This document shows, piece by piece, positions 9,789-25,100 of a stretch of DNA of 64,000 nt. Position numbers and translations under genes: made by a program. Location: the NCBI GenBank assembly GCA_002269645.1, contig NIVC01000010.1, forward strand, positions 1,240,001 to 1,304,000. The letters run 5' to 3'. The stretch comes from Macrostomum lignano. Taxonomy: Eukaryota. Below the pieces are notes generated by a model. The model was not told the DNA's origin and did no database searches. It was given only the letters and a program-made list of their open reading frames with translations. The stretch's first letter is position 1; each line of letters starts with the position of its first letter.

Positions 9789-12518
9789 CTTCCAGTAGAC
9801 CTCAGTTCAGGCTTGCAAGATGAAAAGAAAAACAGACCTTAGCACTGAAGTTGATAGGTTGAGCATAGGTTATAGTGTGACAACTTTGTGTTTGAGAATG
9901 CGGGACTTTGTTCTTTTGTTATGCGATGCCACTAATCATCATATAATAGATGAAAATCAGCTATTACCCAACAATGATTAGAGGTTACAGCATTGTGAGA
10001 TGAGGAAGAGCGCACACAAAACATCATTTCAATCGCGCGCCATGTTGCATCAAAAGTACACGCGCACCCTTCAGACAGTCACTGTACAAGACAAATATAA
10101 ATATGTACTCCAAAATCCAAACGTACTCGTACTTTACAGCTCAGCTCTGATCGAGTCTGGGCCTACACGGAGGCAAAAAACTTGGCCATACTATATCTTT
10201 GTTTTAATCTTATAAAGATTTTTCTAACTCTAATCTCACAGCAGGTGAAATAAAATCTTAAAAAGGCCGTCCTGTCTTCTCAAGCTTCTTATCTGTTTGA
10301 ATTTAGAAAAAAACTGCCTCGGTCTATTCCGAGGATAAAATGTTTGAGTTACGACCGTAAAGCAACAAGACGCAATTTTGCTTCCCGCTGTGTTTGCAGC
10401 AAACTACAAGTATGTTTCGGACTGAATTTAAAATTGTGCAAATCCTAGTGGTGATCTTGCTGTCTGCACCGAGTACTTTTTGGTGAGTAAGTCGTTGCGT
10501 TTAAGACAAAAAAAGAGTTACTTGAATTGCACTAAACGTATTATCATTCATTTTCCCACAAGTTCCAACCCAGAGAGCGAGCAAGAGCCACTAAAAGAAG
10601 CAATCTTGGAGGGCAATGTCACAATTCTGCCTGGCATTGTCGTTGACGACTTGAACTTCGAGCCAGACTCCGATGAGGCCGATGAAAACCACGGCTCCCA
10701 GGACTCCAACAGTTTGCACCTCAATGCCAGCCTGCTGGCTCAGCTTTCGGGCCAAAATCTTTGTCGAATTACGCCACACAGGCGATGGTGGTGGTGGGGC
10801 TACTACTATAGAATGTAAGTCGTTTTATACCCTTGCGTGTAAAACTTGATGAAAGCGATCAACGACCCCACAGACTGAGGAACAGATAATGCGAGCTGAA
10901 TCGAGAGAGAAGGAGGACTTTAAAAACCAGATCAGTGGAGGCAGGTGCGCTCGGAGCAGAGAGACGGAGGGGGGGAGCGCGACGGAGACAGAGAGAGTAG
11001 ACAAGGCGTACAAAATGGACAAAGCAAGGTAGATCGTGCCCGACCGGTCATCAACTACCCAGAAAGGAGAAGGAAGCCTACGGATTATTATTGACATCCA
11101 CACCCGCTACACTGACACAAACATACTGTCCTTAATTTTAGTCGAGACTTCAGTTATCCTCAGATTCGAAGACAGCAGTGGGGCTGGCGTAATTTGAATT
11201 ACTTCGACTGCTGCCCTGGCTGGGCCCGAGAGAATCGGCACGACACGGGCTGCACAGTGCGTAAGTATTGATACTGTTGAGACTTCATGCGGCTTTTTTT
11301 TATACATGGTCTTGTCTATCTTTTTGCATAACTATAACGGGCATAACTTGAATCCGTTGTTACTTCGACAGCCATCTGCTTTGGTCGCAAAGGAGTCTGC
11401 CCGAATGGAGGCACCTGCACTCGACCCGACTACTGCAGCAACTGTTTCCCCACCCACTACAGCCCGAGGTGCGACCGTAAGTGGCGAGGATTGGCCGTTT
11501 ATTGAAAACTCCCAGCAATCAAAGCTTTACATATGCAACTGTGTACAAACAGTTTGCCCTCAGATTCGGTTTTGTGCGCTGACCCATTGTTATCACAACC
11601 CGAGCGCTCACGAAACGAAGATTTGTCAGAGCTGCATGTACAATCACGAGCCAAGAGGCCAGGCCTACAAGCTTTCAGCAGATAGAAAGCATTGTATTGG
11701 TAAATAATCTGGTATATGCTACAATTATTAAGGGTGTATAAATCCCTAGAAACAACCGAAACTTTTACAGAAACCTGCTCGTGGCGCTTGGAGCACAATT
11801 TATGCTTTCCTGGCAAGTGCGACGGCTACAGCACGGAGTGCAGGTGCGATCCCGACTTCGCTCCTCGTCCTGGCTCCAGAGATTGCCTAAGAAGTGAGAA
11901 TTCTTCCTCTTGATACAAGGTGATGTCAAAATTTTATCACAATTAAAAACATTTTTTTAGTTCTAACGAAGCCGACGGTGCTGACCGCCACAATGACTAT
12001 CCGACTGTCTGCCACCGGCAACTGTAAGTAAACAAGAGTAATATTTTAGCTGCATTTCTTCTTCTCCGAAACGAATAATTGAGGCTAATCTTTTCAGCTT
12101 CGAAGAACGAAGCCATAGTTGACTTTCATCGTCAGCAAAATACAATTGACTACATCAATGCTAAGCCAGGTAAGGCTACATGGTTCTGTGAATCATTTAA
12201 TCTTAAGCTGTCTTTTTTCTCTTTTACGAATAGAAAACTGAAACGAATACCTGTTTATAGCACCGAACAAAAAACTGGAGCTGGAGTGGGCAGTAACAAG
12301 CCGGTTCAAGCCGGATATTTCGAGTCCGGGCGTTAGGCATCACTTCATTCCGACTGACGGCTATCAGATTGGCCTAGTGCGAGAGTACTTCGTCTTCACC
12401 CTGTCAGGGCACGGTACGTTGCCTGTACATTTTCCACTGGTCACTTCCATTGGCTCGGGTCTCACACTTTTTATTGATCGATCTGAAGTGCAGTCACTCT
12501 GCAGACGCTCTTATGCGG

Positions 12519-12791
12519 CCCAGGCTCGATTCCAAGTGCAGTCACATTAAGTTTGGGGCTAAATTGGAATCTCGTCTTGGCTCTGCTCGTGCAATTGACG
12601 CCCTTGAAGGCCAACCCCCAAGGCACAGTGAAGTGTACATGCCTAACGATAAAGTTAGTGCCGCTGTATACATTTCTGTGTGAGTGTGTGCCTGTGCGTA
12701 TGACTGCGTCATTGCGTTTGTGTGCCTGCTCAGGGGAGTCGGCGGAATGGGCAGCAATGCCTCTCGCCGGTTGTGTGACACTGTCGCTTAA
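12519..12791 (+). mobile_element. SINE-like family B copy (intronic)
   Basis: ~270 bp closely matching 51528-51805; B-box-like GGCTCGATTCC near the 5' end; ends TGTCGCTTAA. Confidence 0.75.
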
Positions 12792-15259
12792 TGTACGCCA
12801 GGGCGCACACAGCCCCCTGCTTTTAATAAAAACAACATGGACAGTAAAAATTATGTGATAACCCAAATATTGATTTATCTTGAGACGTGGGAACAAGACC
12901 TCAAACAGCCCTTGATCCCTTTAGTCGTACTGAAGATAAACATAGGCAAATGAAACGGTGCAATGTCCATCGATATTGTTCAAATGAAAGTCACTGGATG
13001 AACTTATACTTTCCTCTGCTGCAGCGACTTATCCTGCGAATTCAATCGGTCCGTTCGATGACCACAGGGTCTCGGAGACGAATCCGAAACTAGCGGAGCT
13101 GACATTCAGCGGTCAGCTGACTCAGCTACCGCCGACTGGCTGGGAGCTCCAGTCAGGCCAGACGCTCCGCTACTCTTACACGGCGAAAAACGGGGGCTTT
13201 GTAACCGTTGCTAACTTGGACGCCAACGGGGCCAGGTCGCGGCGATTTCTGACTGGCCAGGAGTTCTCGCAGGTGGGCACGTTTGTGTTTGATTTCAACG
13301 AGCCGTACCACTGCACTCTGGCCGGCCAGACAGAAGGGCATCGAAGCTGCAGGCATGACTTTGACCAGGAGATGCTGCAGTTGAGCGTTTCTTTCACTCG
13401 ACAGGTATGACCAGTTTTTTTATCTTTTTATACTACAACATGCTAGCAGAGTTACATCTGACCACTGAAAATTAGCAGCCAGGAACGCAGCCAATAACAG
13501 CCAAAGCGGCACACATTTCTAAGAGCGTAATATGCAAATGCTTATCAGTAGCAGCCTATATAAAAAATCAATATTGGCAAATCCGCATGCAGAACGAAGT
13601 GACCGCAAGATTTGGCGGCTGGCGCGACGATCACGCTGGAATCGTGAGCTACGAGGCCCAAGTCATGCCGATGTACAGGCTGGGCGATCGGCTGAACGAG
13701 AACCATCACGGAGCTGCACCGCCTCATCAATCCATTTTGCTCACTGGTGAAGCCGAAGAGACGCGACGTGACGGTGGGGATAGGCAGTTTAGCGTTCGGG
13801 TGAGTAGTCGGCTAAGATACCTAAAATACCTTAGCGCGAACTTTTGCTCTTAAGTTTGATTGGCTGCCGTTCTCTCCTGATTTTGTACCGTAGTTTGAGC
13901 TGCCACCGGCTACCCCGGCTGTCTACTCAATAATAGTCACAGCTAGAGACGCTGTAAGGAACGCAATGAAAAACCTGAGACGGACTAGACGCTTCTTTAT
14001 CTTTGACAACGCATCGTTTGTCAGCAAACGCGACTCCATATACCCGTTGAGCGTGGATAACAGCATTTCAAACGATGGTCACTGGTGGCTACAAAATCTC
14101 GATGAAAATGTTGTCTTTCGCTGGACCGACAACTTCATAAACGAAATTCACGATACGGGAGGCTTTTTGTTGCCAATCATTCGATTGCCTGAGCTCTATA
14201 ACGAGGGCTACGAACATAATGCAGGACCTCGGAGTGTGAACGCTATCGACAACGTGCACGGAGTTGTTCACTTCGCGGCTCAGTTCGGCGTGGACGCAGA
14301 CGGTGGTCGAAGCCTGCAGAGTCCGGACGCCAGCAGGTGGCTGCCGACGGCGGATCTTCATGCCCAGATGCAGAGCTTCCGGGTGAACAGACGCGATGGA
14401 GAATCGGCCAAGCTGTGGGTGCGAGCCGATGATGTAATGAACAGCAGCCAGGTGAACAGCTTTGTGCTGCACTTCGATTCGTCCCCCGCGCAGCTGGGCC
14501 AGGTAGGCCTTGTAAACAGAGGTGTCGATGGTCTGGTTGTGCACCACAGCAGAAGCCTGCATGAGCTCAGGTTAGTCCTTAGCCTGCTTTGGTTTGATGA
14601 GGTAAATTTTCTTCTCGTTTCCAATGTATATAAATCTCAATCTTTTAAACTTTCAGGGTTCAATGGACATCATCGGATGTGCACAGCGGACTATACACCG
14701 TTCAGTGGGAAATAATTGACAATTACACCGATTCAGGAGTACTGATGCACTCGCAACACGAAAGAAGACAGCGCTTTGAAAGTGCCGAGGTAAAATATAA
14801 AATTCTAACTTTTGCTTTCTATATTCTATGCATTAATAGTTCTATCAAGTTGTTTTTTTCAGAGCTGTCGAAAAACTTCCTACCGACCTGAATATTGCTA
14901 CTGCACTGCTATCACCGGTTGCTTTAATGCGTTTTACGCAGCATCGCCGAATACAGAAGCAACTACTGAGCACAACCACGACTTGCTCCTGAAGCTCACA
15001 GTGACAAATAGTGCATTGCTGACTAGCAGCAGCACTATCAAAATCAGCATCGACTTGTCGGCACCTCATCCTGGTCACGTGTTCGACGGCGCTCCGGGCT
15101 CTGAGGAGGAAGTCGATTTTCAATCGGGGCGCCTGCTCCGGGCGCACTGGAGCGGCTTTTTTGATCCGGAGAGTGGCATTCGGATGTACAGGTGCAAGAA
15201 AGGGTCCTTTTTAAAATCGAATTCAGACTTCAGACCCTATGAGTTCATTTTGCTTCCCA

Positions 15260-15490
15260 GGGAGTCGTAGCCCAGTGGTTAGAGCATCGGACTCATGAAA
15301 GTCGGGGGTTCGATTCCCACTTCCACTGCAACGAGTTGTGTCCTTGAGAAAAAACTTACCTCTGCATTGCTTCAGTTCACCCAGCTGTAAAATGGGTGCC
15401 AGCATTCGCTGAGATAATTGAGGCTGTGTGTGGCGACACCCCCCCCCAGTCCTTGGACTGAACAGCCGTACGCAGCCTTCAGATGCGCCG
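15260..15490 (+). mobile_element. tRNA-derived CORE-SINE (MIR-core-like), copy 1
   Basis: tRNA head with A-box TAGCCCAGTGG and B-box GGTTCGATTCCC, followed by TGTGTCCTTGAG....ACTTA.CTCTGCATTGCTTCAGTT...CAGCTGTAAAATGGG, which resembles the MIR CORE consensus; second copy at 39287. Confidence 0.8.
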
Positions 15491-18400
15491 TGCAATAGCT
15501 GCGGCTGAGCTGTCGGTTGTACATATGGCCAAATCGGGGCAAATGTAATCAATTAATTTATTATTATTATTCATTATTCATTCCCACGCAAAACAGGTAT
15601 GGTTTCGGAGCCAACTGTCTGTCAGAGTCGCAGCTGCACCTGGAGACGACCGGCCTTGAAGCCAGCTGGGAGGCTCCCGGACCCGGCAGCTACATGATTG
15701 CAGTTGCGGCCTACAACAATGCAATGGAACCGTCTGCCGTCGTCTGCTCAGACGGAGTATTAATCACGGACCACAGGCCCAGTATTGCCCAGATTAGCAT
15801 TGGAAGCCTTAAAGTTCGTCCTGGACTACTGCTGGACGCCGGGTCCCAGGATCTCTGGTACCTGACCGAGACGGGACGGCGCAGGAAGCTTCACAATGAC
15901 AATGCCAACTGCAGGTGTGCCTCCTGTATAAGCTCTGCTGTTTATCTGTTAAAACTCCATCATACTTGTATGCCACGTGACCGATATTTTTCATTTCCCG
16001 CAGAGCTCGTGCAACAAAGATGGAAAACACCAACTTGCTAGCGTTGGATCTCAGCAAGTTCAACGAATCGGTAATTCAAAAGTTTGAGGATGCAGATTGC
16101 GAAGACATCGGTCCCGCAGGAGAAGTGTTCTACCTCGTGACGGATAGCGCCGTGAGTGGCAAAATCTAAACCGACAATACAGTCAATAGTAGTCAATAGT
16201 ACAGTACAGTCAATAGTTAAATTATAAACTCCTTTATACGTACGTCCGACACTTCGACACTGGGCGTACAGAAGTTGCCCACCCGTGTTAATCTTGGTTA
16301 TTTGACGTTGTGTTCGCTAGTATCTCAGAAGCAATAGTTTTTCTGCTTTCTTCTGATCCGTCATTTTTCAGAGATAAGACTTGGTTTTATAGAACTTCTA
16401 AGAATTTCAGTCCATTTGAGAGCTAAGATTAAAATTTTTAGCAAACCAGAAAAATCTGCTGTCCTGTATGGGATATTGTATCTGTCAGAGGAAAAACACT
16501 GATACTGATAAGACTTGTACTTGAAACCTGACTGACTATCCGACAGACCCAAACTGTTTTTTTTCAACTCTTCAGACTTGATTTCGAATTCAAACTTGTC
16601 AAAACTGAATTTCAAGGCAAGGTGAAGGGCTGATAAGTAGCAAAAAACAAAAAACAAGTTAGATTTAGTGCAGAAGCTTGTGGGTTACAGTACAGTGTGT
16701 TGCAAGCTATGGTTAGGCTATGCAAGGTATCAAATTTCAGCAGCCGAATTATTTATTGAAATTATCTTTCCTAATTGAGACCTCCTACTTATTGCATCTA
16801 CTTTTTATATTGCGAGAATTTTATGTTTGAATGACCCCCTCTGATGATGCAGTGCCTAGTTTATGTTTATGATGAACCATGAGCCGAAAATTCTTCCCAG
16901 CTATATTCAAGCGTAGTGCTTCCATTTTCGGCTTACTTTTGAAAATTCTCTCACAGTTGCGCAAATGTTATAATAAATGTGTTTCCAGATGGAGCTGAGC
17001 TGGAGAGCAGCTGACTCTGTGTCCGGAATCCGCAAGTACTCAGTCTTACTGGCCCGCGACTCAACCGGACTGTCAAGCATTGCCGGACCATTTGTCACGA
17101 AGCATTCGACGGAAAAAATCTCTGGACTGTCGCTAGAAGATGGAGGCAGGCTGTTTGTGATTGTGACAGCTAACAATCGGGCGGGACTATCGGCAAACTT
17201 GGTGAGAAGTTCGTTTTTAATCAAAAACGAAAAGTCAACTCATCAATTTAACGTTCCGTATGAAACTAACTTTCAGACATTCGGGCCCATCACTGTGGAC
17301 ACCAGCGAGCCAAAGTTTTCGGGTCAGTTGAAGACTCGCTCAGACAGCCAGCTGCTGGTGGTTTGCTGGGGCGGTGGCGACTTTCAAGATCCAGAGTCTC
17401 ACGTTCTCGAATTCGAAGTTGGCGTTGGTATGAATTTAGGGAATTTTTTTTTCTTAATAAATAATGTTGGCATTGCGGACCAATACTAGACTTAAGCCAT
17501 GTTTTGGAGTAACATTCTTGGTATGAAAGCATGATTTTCAGCACGCTTTAGCTTCTCTGATGATGAATTACAGCCGCGTCCTAGCGAACCCTGCTTAGAT
17601 GACTGAAAGATTGTGCCTATTAGGTTGACAGTTGCCATCAAATTAGACCTCAGTCTTTATTCTAATTCTTCAGACACTGTTTTAGGTTGTGTCTGGTTCC
17701 TATTAGCTCGTATGATTGGCCCTGAGAACGAGTTTATGAAATAATTCCCAAGAACTCTGCCTCTGCCTACCGTTACTTCGTTCTTGAGAAATCCCCGTTG
17801 AAGCCGTTGAGAGCCATAGGAGCACAGTGATCGAAAAGTGCGATCTGGCGACAGCCGATATTCGACATCCAGTCACTGGATTGCGCATCTTCTACGCTTT
17901 TGTTTCCAAGATTGATGGATTGATTGATCATTGATTACCGCTCGAGCTCGCCTATTCCGCCATCACTTCGCGTCTGTCTAATCAATATCATCGAGGATCA
18001 ACGTTTCGGAAGGGCCAATCTTCAATTGAAAGCCACCGCCGCGATGTTCATCAAGTCAGGTGGATCCGTGAAGCAGTTCTGTGCTTTTAGAGACCGAGGA
18101 TTTGGAAAAGCTACAAAGCTACTTTGACCGAAGTGATCCCACCATTCTTCAATAGGAGGTGTATGCACGTGCTTGCTTTCCATTTTTGGTTGCAGGTCTA
18201 TTGGTTAGTTTGATATTCTGGCTCGCTTGGATTTTTAATTGAAGTTTTCTTGTGATATTTTCCTGTTTCATACTGTTTAATAATGCAATGTTAAAATATT
18301 TTTTTGCTCAGTGTGGTTTGGCCAAAGAAATTTGAATCGTGCAGCAATTTGGCTTCATTGTTGGACCCATGAAAACCCCTCCAACATGGTTACAAGGATA

Positions 18401-19003
18401 AGTTACTGAGTCTTCCAGTATTCGATACTGTAGAAATGAAGTTAATAAACGTTCAACGATATTTTACAATACGATTTTCATGCTCAACCGAATCAATTAA
18501 AACTCCAATAGGTAGCCGCAGGAATTCCACCGACATTGTACCTTATCGGCCGGTAGAATCAGCCGAGTCTCAAGAGCGTAGTCGGGCCGCAAATATCTCG
18601 TCCGTTAACAGCACTTGCGCCGTGCTCCGCTTGCAAGAACTCGACTGGAATCTCATCGGAGAGCACACATATCACGTATCGATAAGGTGCACCAATGGTG
18701 CCCGCCTTACCACTACAGTGTTCGCCGAACCAATGGTGCATACGAACCGGCTGCCCACTCAGGGAATTGTGATGGATGAAGACCCGGACGCTAATCTGGA
18801 GAACATGTTTGGGGTGAGTCAAGAAAATTAGCAACCGACTAGCAATGAAGGCTGAAGCCTTACATAAGGTCGGAGTGCAAACATAGTGAAAGATAGAGTA
18901 GTAGAAAGCCCACCCTAAGGTAAAAATAATACTAATTCACAAAAATTTGCTAGTGAATGAAGATGCTGTCGTCTTCAAGGTTCGCCGCCACCCACACCCA
19001 AGA

Positions 19004-19125
19004 CTTTACATCTCAGCAATTCCCCCATGCATTGCCGCCCCAGTAATCCCCCCCGTAAGCCTTGACATCTCAGCAATTCCCCCCTCCCAAGATTTTACAT
19101 CTCAGAAATCCCCCCGGCCAGAAGA
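19004..19125 (+). repeat. Dispersed ~29-bp minisatellite family, copy 2
   Basis: Repeated GACATCTCAGCAATTCCCCC / CCCCCGTAAGCCTTGACATCTCAG. Confidence 0.7.
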
Positions 19126-22100
19126 CTTGAACCGAACCGAATACGAAAACTCAATTGTAATTCCAATCTAGTCATTTGACTTTTGATTGGCTGCAAAGTT
19201 TATCGTCAATTACATGCAAATACAATAGGGTTTATTCTAGAACTACATGTAATGATTAAATGAACATCCAAAGGCAAACTTCGAAAGATTTTAGTTTAAT
19301 AGAGTAGCTTTCTTGTTGGTACAAATATAAACTCATTAAACACAGTAAAATCATTGCATGTCACTTATAATTCAACCAATATTCACTGAATTAATCTGAA
19401 TTAAACAACTAATTATTAGCTAAGCATGTATTTTGATTGCATGAAATTGCTGCTACCGCAGGTACCGCACGACATTCGATATCAGCTTCGAGCCGACACT
19501 TTGAGATCGCGCTGGTCTGGCTTTAAGTATGCAACCAGCTTTCAGGTGTTTCTGGTGGACGAAACCAACAATATTCTGGCAAAAAGTCCGTCACTCCCGC
19601 CTGAACAAGTTCGCTATCAGTTTTTTGGTCTTGATTTGGAAGTATTTAAGGTGCGTTTTAACGTTGAAATTTCTTTGTACCTAATATTGAATTAAATGCT
19701 ATTTGTTTGCTTAAACCACAGACGTATTTCACCAAAGTGTCTGCCACGAACGCGCTGGGAACGGTGTCAGCCACGTCCAGTGGCGTCACAGTGGAATCGC
19801 GCAGAGCAAAGCTTGGCTTGCACCCGCTGAATGTGCTGCCACCAGTGGCCGACGAAACGCGTCGCTATATGGTTGAAATGGATTTCCAGAGTTCACTGTC
19901 AACAATCAGAGTGCAATGGACCAGGCCTAGACCGCCGCTCGATGTGATATTTCACACCGCTTACTGGTCGCTTGAAAGGAAGCGGACACATGGTTTGTAA
20001 ATTGATTTGTGTTTTGGGAGGGACAAGGCCTGACGCTGGCCCACATGCGACTGTCTGTATGAGCGTACAAGTTCCTTGGTTCCATTCCATGAGTAGACCC
20101 TATCTAGGGGATCCGTCGTGCGATTCATGCTCATGAAAAAAATTCCAAAGGCACATAATGTGCACAATACCTAACGGCGTGAGTCAGGGCTTTGACTCAT
20201 GGATTAGTGTAATTGGCACAGCTATTTGCCTTCTTGCGGCCTTCAGGTTGACCGTTGCTTTGATTTGCGCCAGTGCCCAAAATCCTCTTGCGACAAAAAA
20301 TTTCAGACTGGCAAACAGTTGAAGACTTCAGACGAGTGGCTTACAACAATGATACAGTGGTACTCACCAACTTGCACTTAAAGGATGGATCCATGTACAG
20401 ATCACTGCTAAAGCTATGTAGCGAGAGGGTGTGCTCGGAAGCGGAGGCAACTCCTGAACTCATGGTACTGCACACACCTCCTAGCCCTAGCGACTGGTCT
20501 GTAAATCTTGAAGCTGATAATAAAACTGTGAGGACTTTCTTCAAGTGTTTCGTACTTGTATTTCTGAATTTCGGATTTCCATTGCAATTATATAATCGCT
20601 AAATTACCAATTTACCTTGATAATGCGCTGCAGATTAACCTTAATATGAAGGAATTCAACCAGTTTCCGTCATCAGAGAAGAATGCTATTAGCCACTATC
20701 AGTGGTCGCTGCAGCATGACGGCGCAAATATACTAAACTGGACTGATATTGACTTGCCTTCTAGTGATAGTGCATCCAAGGTAATATGTTATTTACGTTA
20801 AGGGCGTTAGAGTGAATATTTATGATAGTGCGATTACTTTGATTTTTCAGTCTATAATCATTGAGCTGCCCTGGCCAGTGCGCTCGACAAAGTGCCTGCA
20901 ACTGGCAGTCAGGTGTTTCAACAGGGCCGGCTTGTCAACAATTGACAGACGTCAGCTGAGAGACTGCAGCGCTTACGATCCGAAATTAATCATTGATCCA
21001 ACTGTAATTGATGCAATTGGACCAGTGAATCTGGGCAAGCACAAGCTGTGGACTCTCCCAGACGCTGATTATGCAAGTTCCAAAGCGCAGCTTGCGGCTG
21101 TGTGGCCTAAGCTGCGATACCCGGTGAGAATCTCTGTTGTATAGATTGTATAGATGTTTCGCGTAAGACAAACTGATTTTTTAAATCTTCTTTTAGTTGT
21201 ACGAATGGGCTCTGCTGGCGAGCAGCGGAGGCACTGGAGGCTCTGGATATTACGACAAAGTGCTGCTCAATCCTCCAAGAAGCCCCATCAACCATCCTGA
21301 CGCCATCGCAGGCGGATTCACTGATGCTGAGTTTGTGAATGTGCCGCCGGAACTGTCAATGCAGCCAGGTAGGCGCTATCACCTGTGTATTCATGCCAAC
21401 GAGACGCTGTTGCAGTTTGAAAAGTTCACTCAGCTGCTGCCAGAGCTGGTTGAGTGCAGCGATGGCATCACTGCTCTGGGCGAGACTTCTGGGCGAGAGG
21501 GTCGAGTTGCTCTAAACGGTCGATTTGAGGATCAGATGGTGGTAAGTAGGCCATGATTCCCTTACTCATTTTACGCAAAAAGAATCAAGTACTTGGTCCA
21601 AACTCTGCAGACGTCGCTCTCAGACTTGCTAATCGAATGGACCGGTTTCGAGGCGCATGAGCAGCCGCAGGCTGATCTGCCTCACGTAACTGACATTCAA
21701 GAATACGCGTACTGCCTTGGCTCCTTCGAATCGGGTTGCGATGTACTTGACTGGATCAGCGTTGGTGTAGCTAAAAGTGCATCTCTGACTGGACTCAGCT
21801 CTGAGCTGCAGGAAGGCCACCGGTACTTTGTTTCTGTCAAAGGTATTATGATTATTTTGATTCGTATTGAGGACTATTGACATTACTAGAGATCATTCAT
21901 GAAGAAATATAATGTTTACAAAATAAATTTACTCTTTAATTACTTTCCGAAGGACTCGACTTCATTGGCCGGATAGTGCGGTCTCAGCCGCGCTCATTTC
22001 GCGTCGTCATCCATCCGCCGCGAATCAATCCGGGCGCACTGATCGCTTTCGGAGGACGTCACCGCTCGATTTCGGTCCTGGGCGTTGGCGAAACAGTGTG

Positions 22101-25100
22101 CTGGCACGGCCGGTTTTCAGATCCGGTGGCCGCAGTTAGAACCTACTGGGTCGCTCTGGGCTCCTCACCAAGCCGTCCAGACGCTATACCGTTTGTAGAA
22201 TCGCCTGACGAATGCCACTTCTGGAGCTCTGAAGAGCTGTCGGAGCTGCGCGATGGACACCACTATTGGGTGCTGCTGCGCGCTGAGAACTTTGCCGGAC
22301 TCATCGCAGACGATCATTCCGCCCCGATCCTAGTCGATCGAAGCCCGCCATTGGCTGGCTCAGTGCTAGACGTCGATCCGATGGTGCATGCTGTTGGGAC
22401 AACGGCTGCTCAGAACTGCAACTATCGGTCCAGCCCTGAGGGGGGCCTGTCAGCCGTCTGGACAGACTTTCATGATCCGCATAGTCACCTGACAGATTAC
22501 TGGGTTGCCGTGGGCTCCTGCAGGCAGTGCCAGGATGTCATGGCCTTTCTTGAAGTTGGTGCCCGACAAAGTAAGCACAGCACTGAGGGTAGGGCTCGAG
22601 TATTCAATGGATAACGATGATTAATTAGCTAGGGAGTTTGGAAGACTTAAATTGGACAAGTTTGTAAAAGTATTTAGTCGAACTGTGTGGTAACTTCTTC
22701 ACGACAAAATATACCATACTACTGCTATCACAGCCCATTTGTCTTTTCGTCACACCTGTAAGATTTCAGTGTGGACCATTTGGACTTGCAATCTGGCCAG
22801 CAATACTTCTTCACCGTTCGCGGCTGCAATGCCGCCGATCTCTGCACCGAAGTGTCCTCCGACGGGGTTATCATTGATCCGACGGCTCCTCTTGCAGGAG
22901 CCGTTCTGGTTGGACCAACTGACAGCCATCAGGAGTTCCTGCGTCCTAGGTAAGAACAGATCGGTCTGAAATCCAGCGGAAAATCGAACGAAAAGAAGCT
23001 AATTTTGCCCGGTTTAAAACGGAAAATTTCAGCAAACTTTTCGAATTTTCTCTAATTGGGTTTAATGACCCGGAGTCTGGCATAGCGTTCCACCGGTGGG
23101 GAGTGGCAAGTCTGAATGCCTCAACGCCTGACGTACTCAACTGGATTGTCACAGCTGAGACAATTTTTTTGCAGCACAAGGCGAAACTTCCAACAAGGAC
23201 ATGGCTAAAAGTCTTAGTGGAGACTGTGAATAATGCAGGTATGAGCGTATGACGCGCTTTATTTCATATAGTTTGCATAACCTTGTGTCACAATTTTCCC
23301 GATTAAATTCAGGATTGTCAATCGCGACCGAGTCGATGGGTTTCCTGATAGACGAATCTATCCCAGAGATTCAGGTGCCACTGTCAGTCAGCGATGCAGT
23401 TGGCCAGCTGACACCCGACTGGTTAGTTGTTGATGACGTCATCACTGTAGAGTGGGTAGTTTCCGATCAAGAAAGCGGTGTTAAAGAGCATTGGATCTCG
23501 TTGTGGTATCATGATACTGGTCGAATAACATTTGAGCCTATAAAGGTAAATTTTGACATTTATAAACTCTGATTATCAGTGATGTACAACGTATAGCTGC
23601 GTTACCCTTAAATACCCTTAAATATACTATTACTAAGAAAACAATAAAAGTTCGTCCCATTGCGATATCATATGAAAATTCAGTTTGCGTTAGCAATATA
23701 TACATGTATTATGTTGGTATTATGTCAAGCTTTTCAATCTTCATGATCGTTTGATGTCCTCCTCGGAAGTTTCGACTTCGTCTTTCGTCGACCAAGAATT
23801 TCCTGTAGGCCCTTAGGTTAATGAAATGATTTTGATTCAGCAGGCACGTTAAATTTTTACCCTGAAAATACAATTTTAGATTCCAGGCCTTCTTAACAAC
23901 TTTACGTTTCACAAGTTGGATTTGAAAGACGGTGGAAACTACACTGCCCAGCTGGTGTCCTGCAACAGGGCCGGCACCTGCATTCGTCAGTCGTATCGGT
24001 GGCGGTGGACACGTCCCCACCTGTGACAGGTCATCTGGCTGCTGCCACCGATTCCGCAGTGGATTTGGGCCGGCAAACCGAGGATGGACTCGCGTGGAAG
24101 GACAACGAGGTCAACATCAGTTGGGTGGGATTTCAGGATCCGCATTCGGGAATCGACAGGTATACAATTCAGATGGGTACAACTTGGTTTGGCTCGGAGT
24201 TGCTTCAGGTAAACCCTTAACGAATTACATTACTCTTTCTTAAAAGTTATTTGTTACTTGCTTGCTGACAAAGTTATTTGTCGGTATAAACAGGAGACGG
24301 AAGTCGAGCACAGTGATGAGACAGTAATCAGCGAATCTTCCGATGTTCCATACGTGGAAATTGAAGTGGATAGCAAGACAGTGGGTGACAACGGCTCCTC
24401 AAATGCGCACGAAGGTCCAATTCAAATGGCAAGTTTAAGACTTCAGCGGAGCCTGACGCCCGGAATATCATTCTTCGTTCATTTGGTCGCCATTAACAAG
24501 GCAAGCAAAGTTATAGATTTTAACTTATGCCTGGAATGAAAATGAAATAGCGAGTAAGGTTGCAACCCGATAAAAATCTTGAGTTAGTTGCAAGGGGCTT
24601 TTGTGTGAGCCAGCAAGCCAACGAGGAGGAAAACAATATTACGCGCTACAGGTGTCCCTTATTAGCATGAACTGCACGTATGTGTCCTTGAGGTCTGTAT
24701 CCATTCCAATCCGCCATTGAGCCTCCTTCAGTAAATCAGACTGCGTAGAACAATTTTAGAAAATCTTTAATTCTTTGACAGGCCGGATTGCACAGCCAAC
24801 CGGTTCACGCAACCCTAATTGCTCTCGACACGGGCAGCCTGTGGCTTCAGCGTCGCTGCCCCGGAGCCGCGACCTGCATTGGGCACTGTTCCTGTGCACC
24901 GCAGCACAAGCTCTGCCGGCCAGAAGTCGAAAGTGACTGCCGACCTGTCAAACCAGCAGACAGTGTGGATCATGATATTGAAGTGCTGGACACCCTCGGT
25001 GTCAGTCAGAGCAATGACACCTTGCCGAGAAATGGCATGCTAACTACACCAACGCGTTCACTTCTTGCCGCAGTTTGGCGAATTCGAAAGCCCGTTGGTC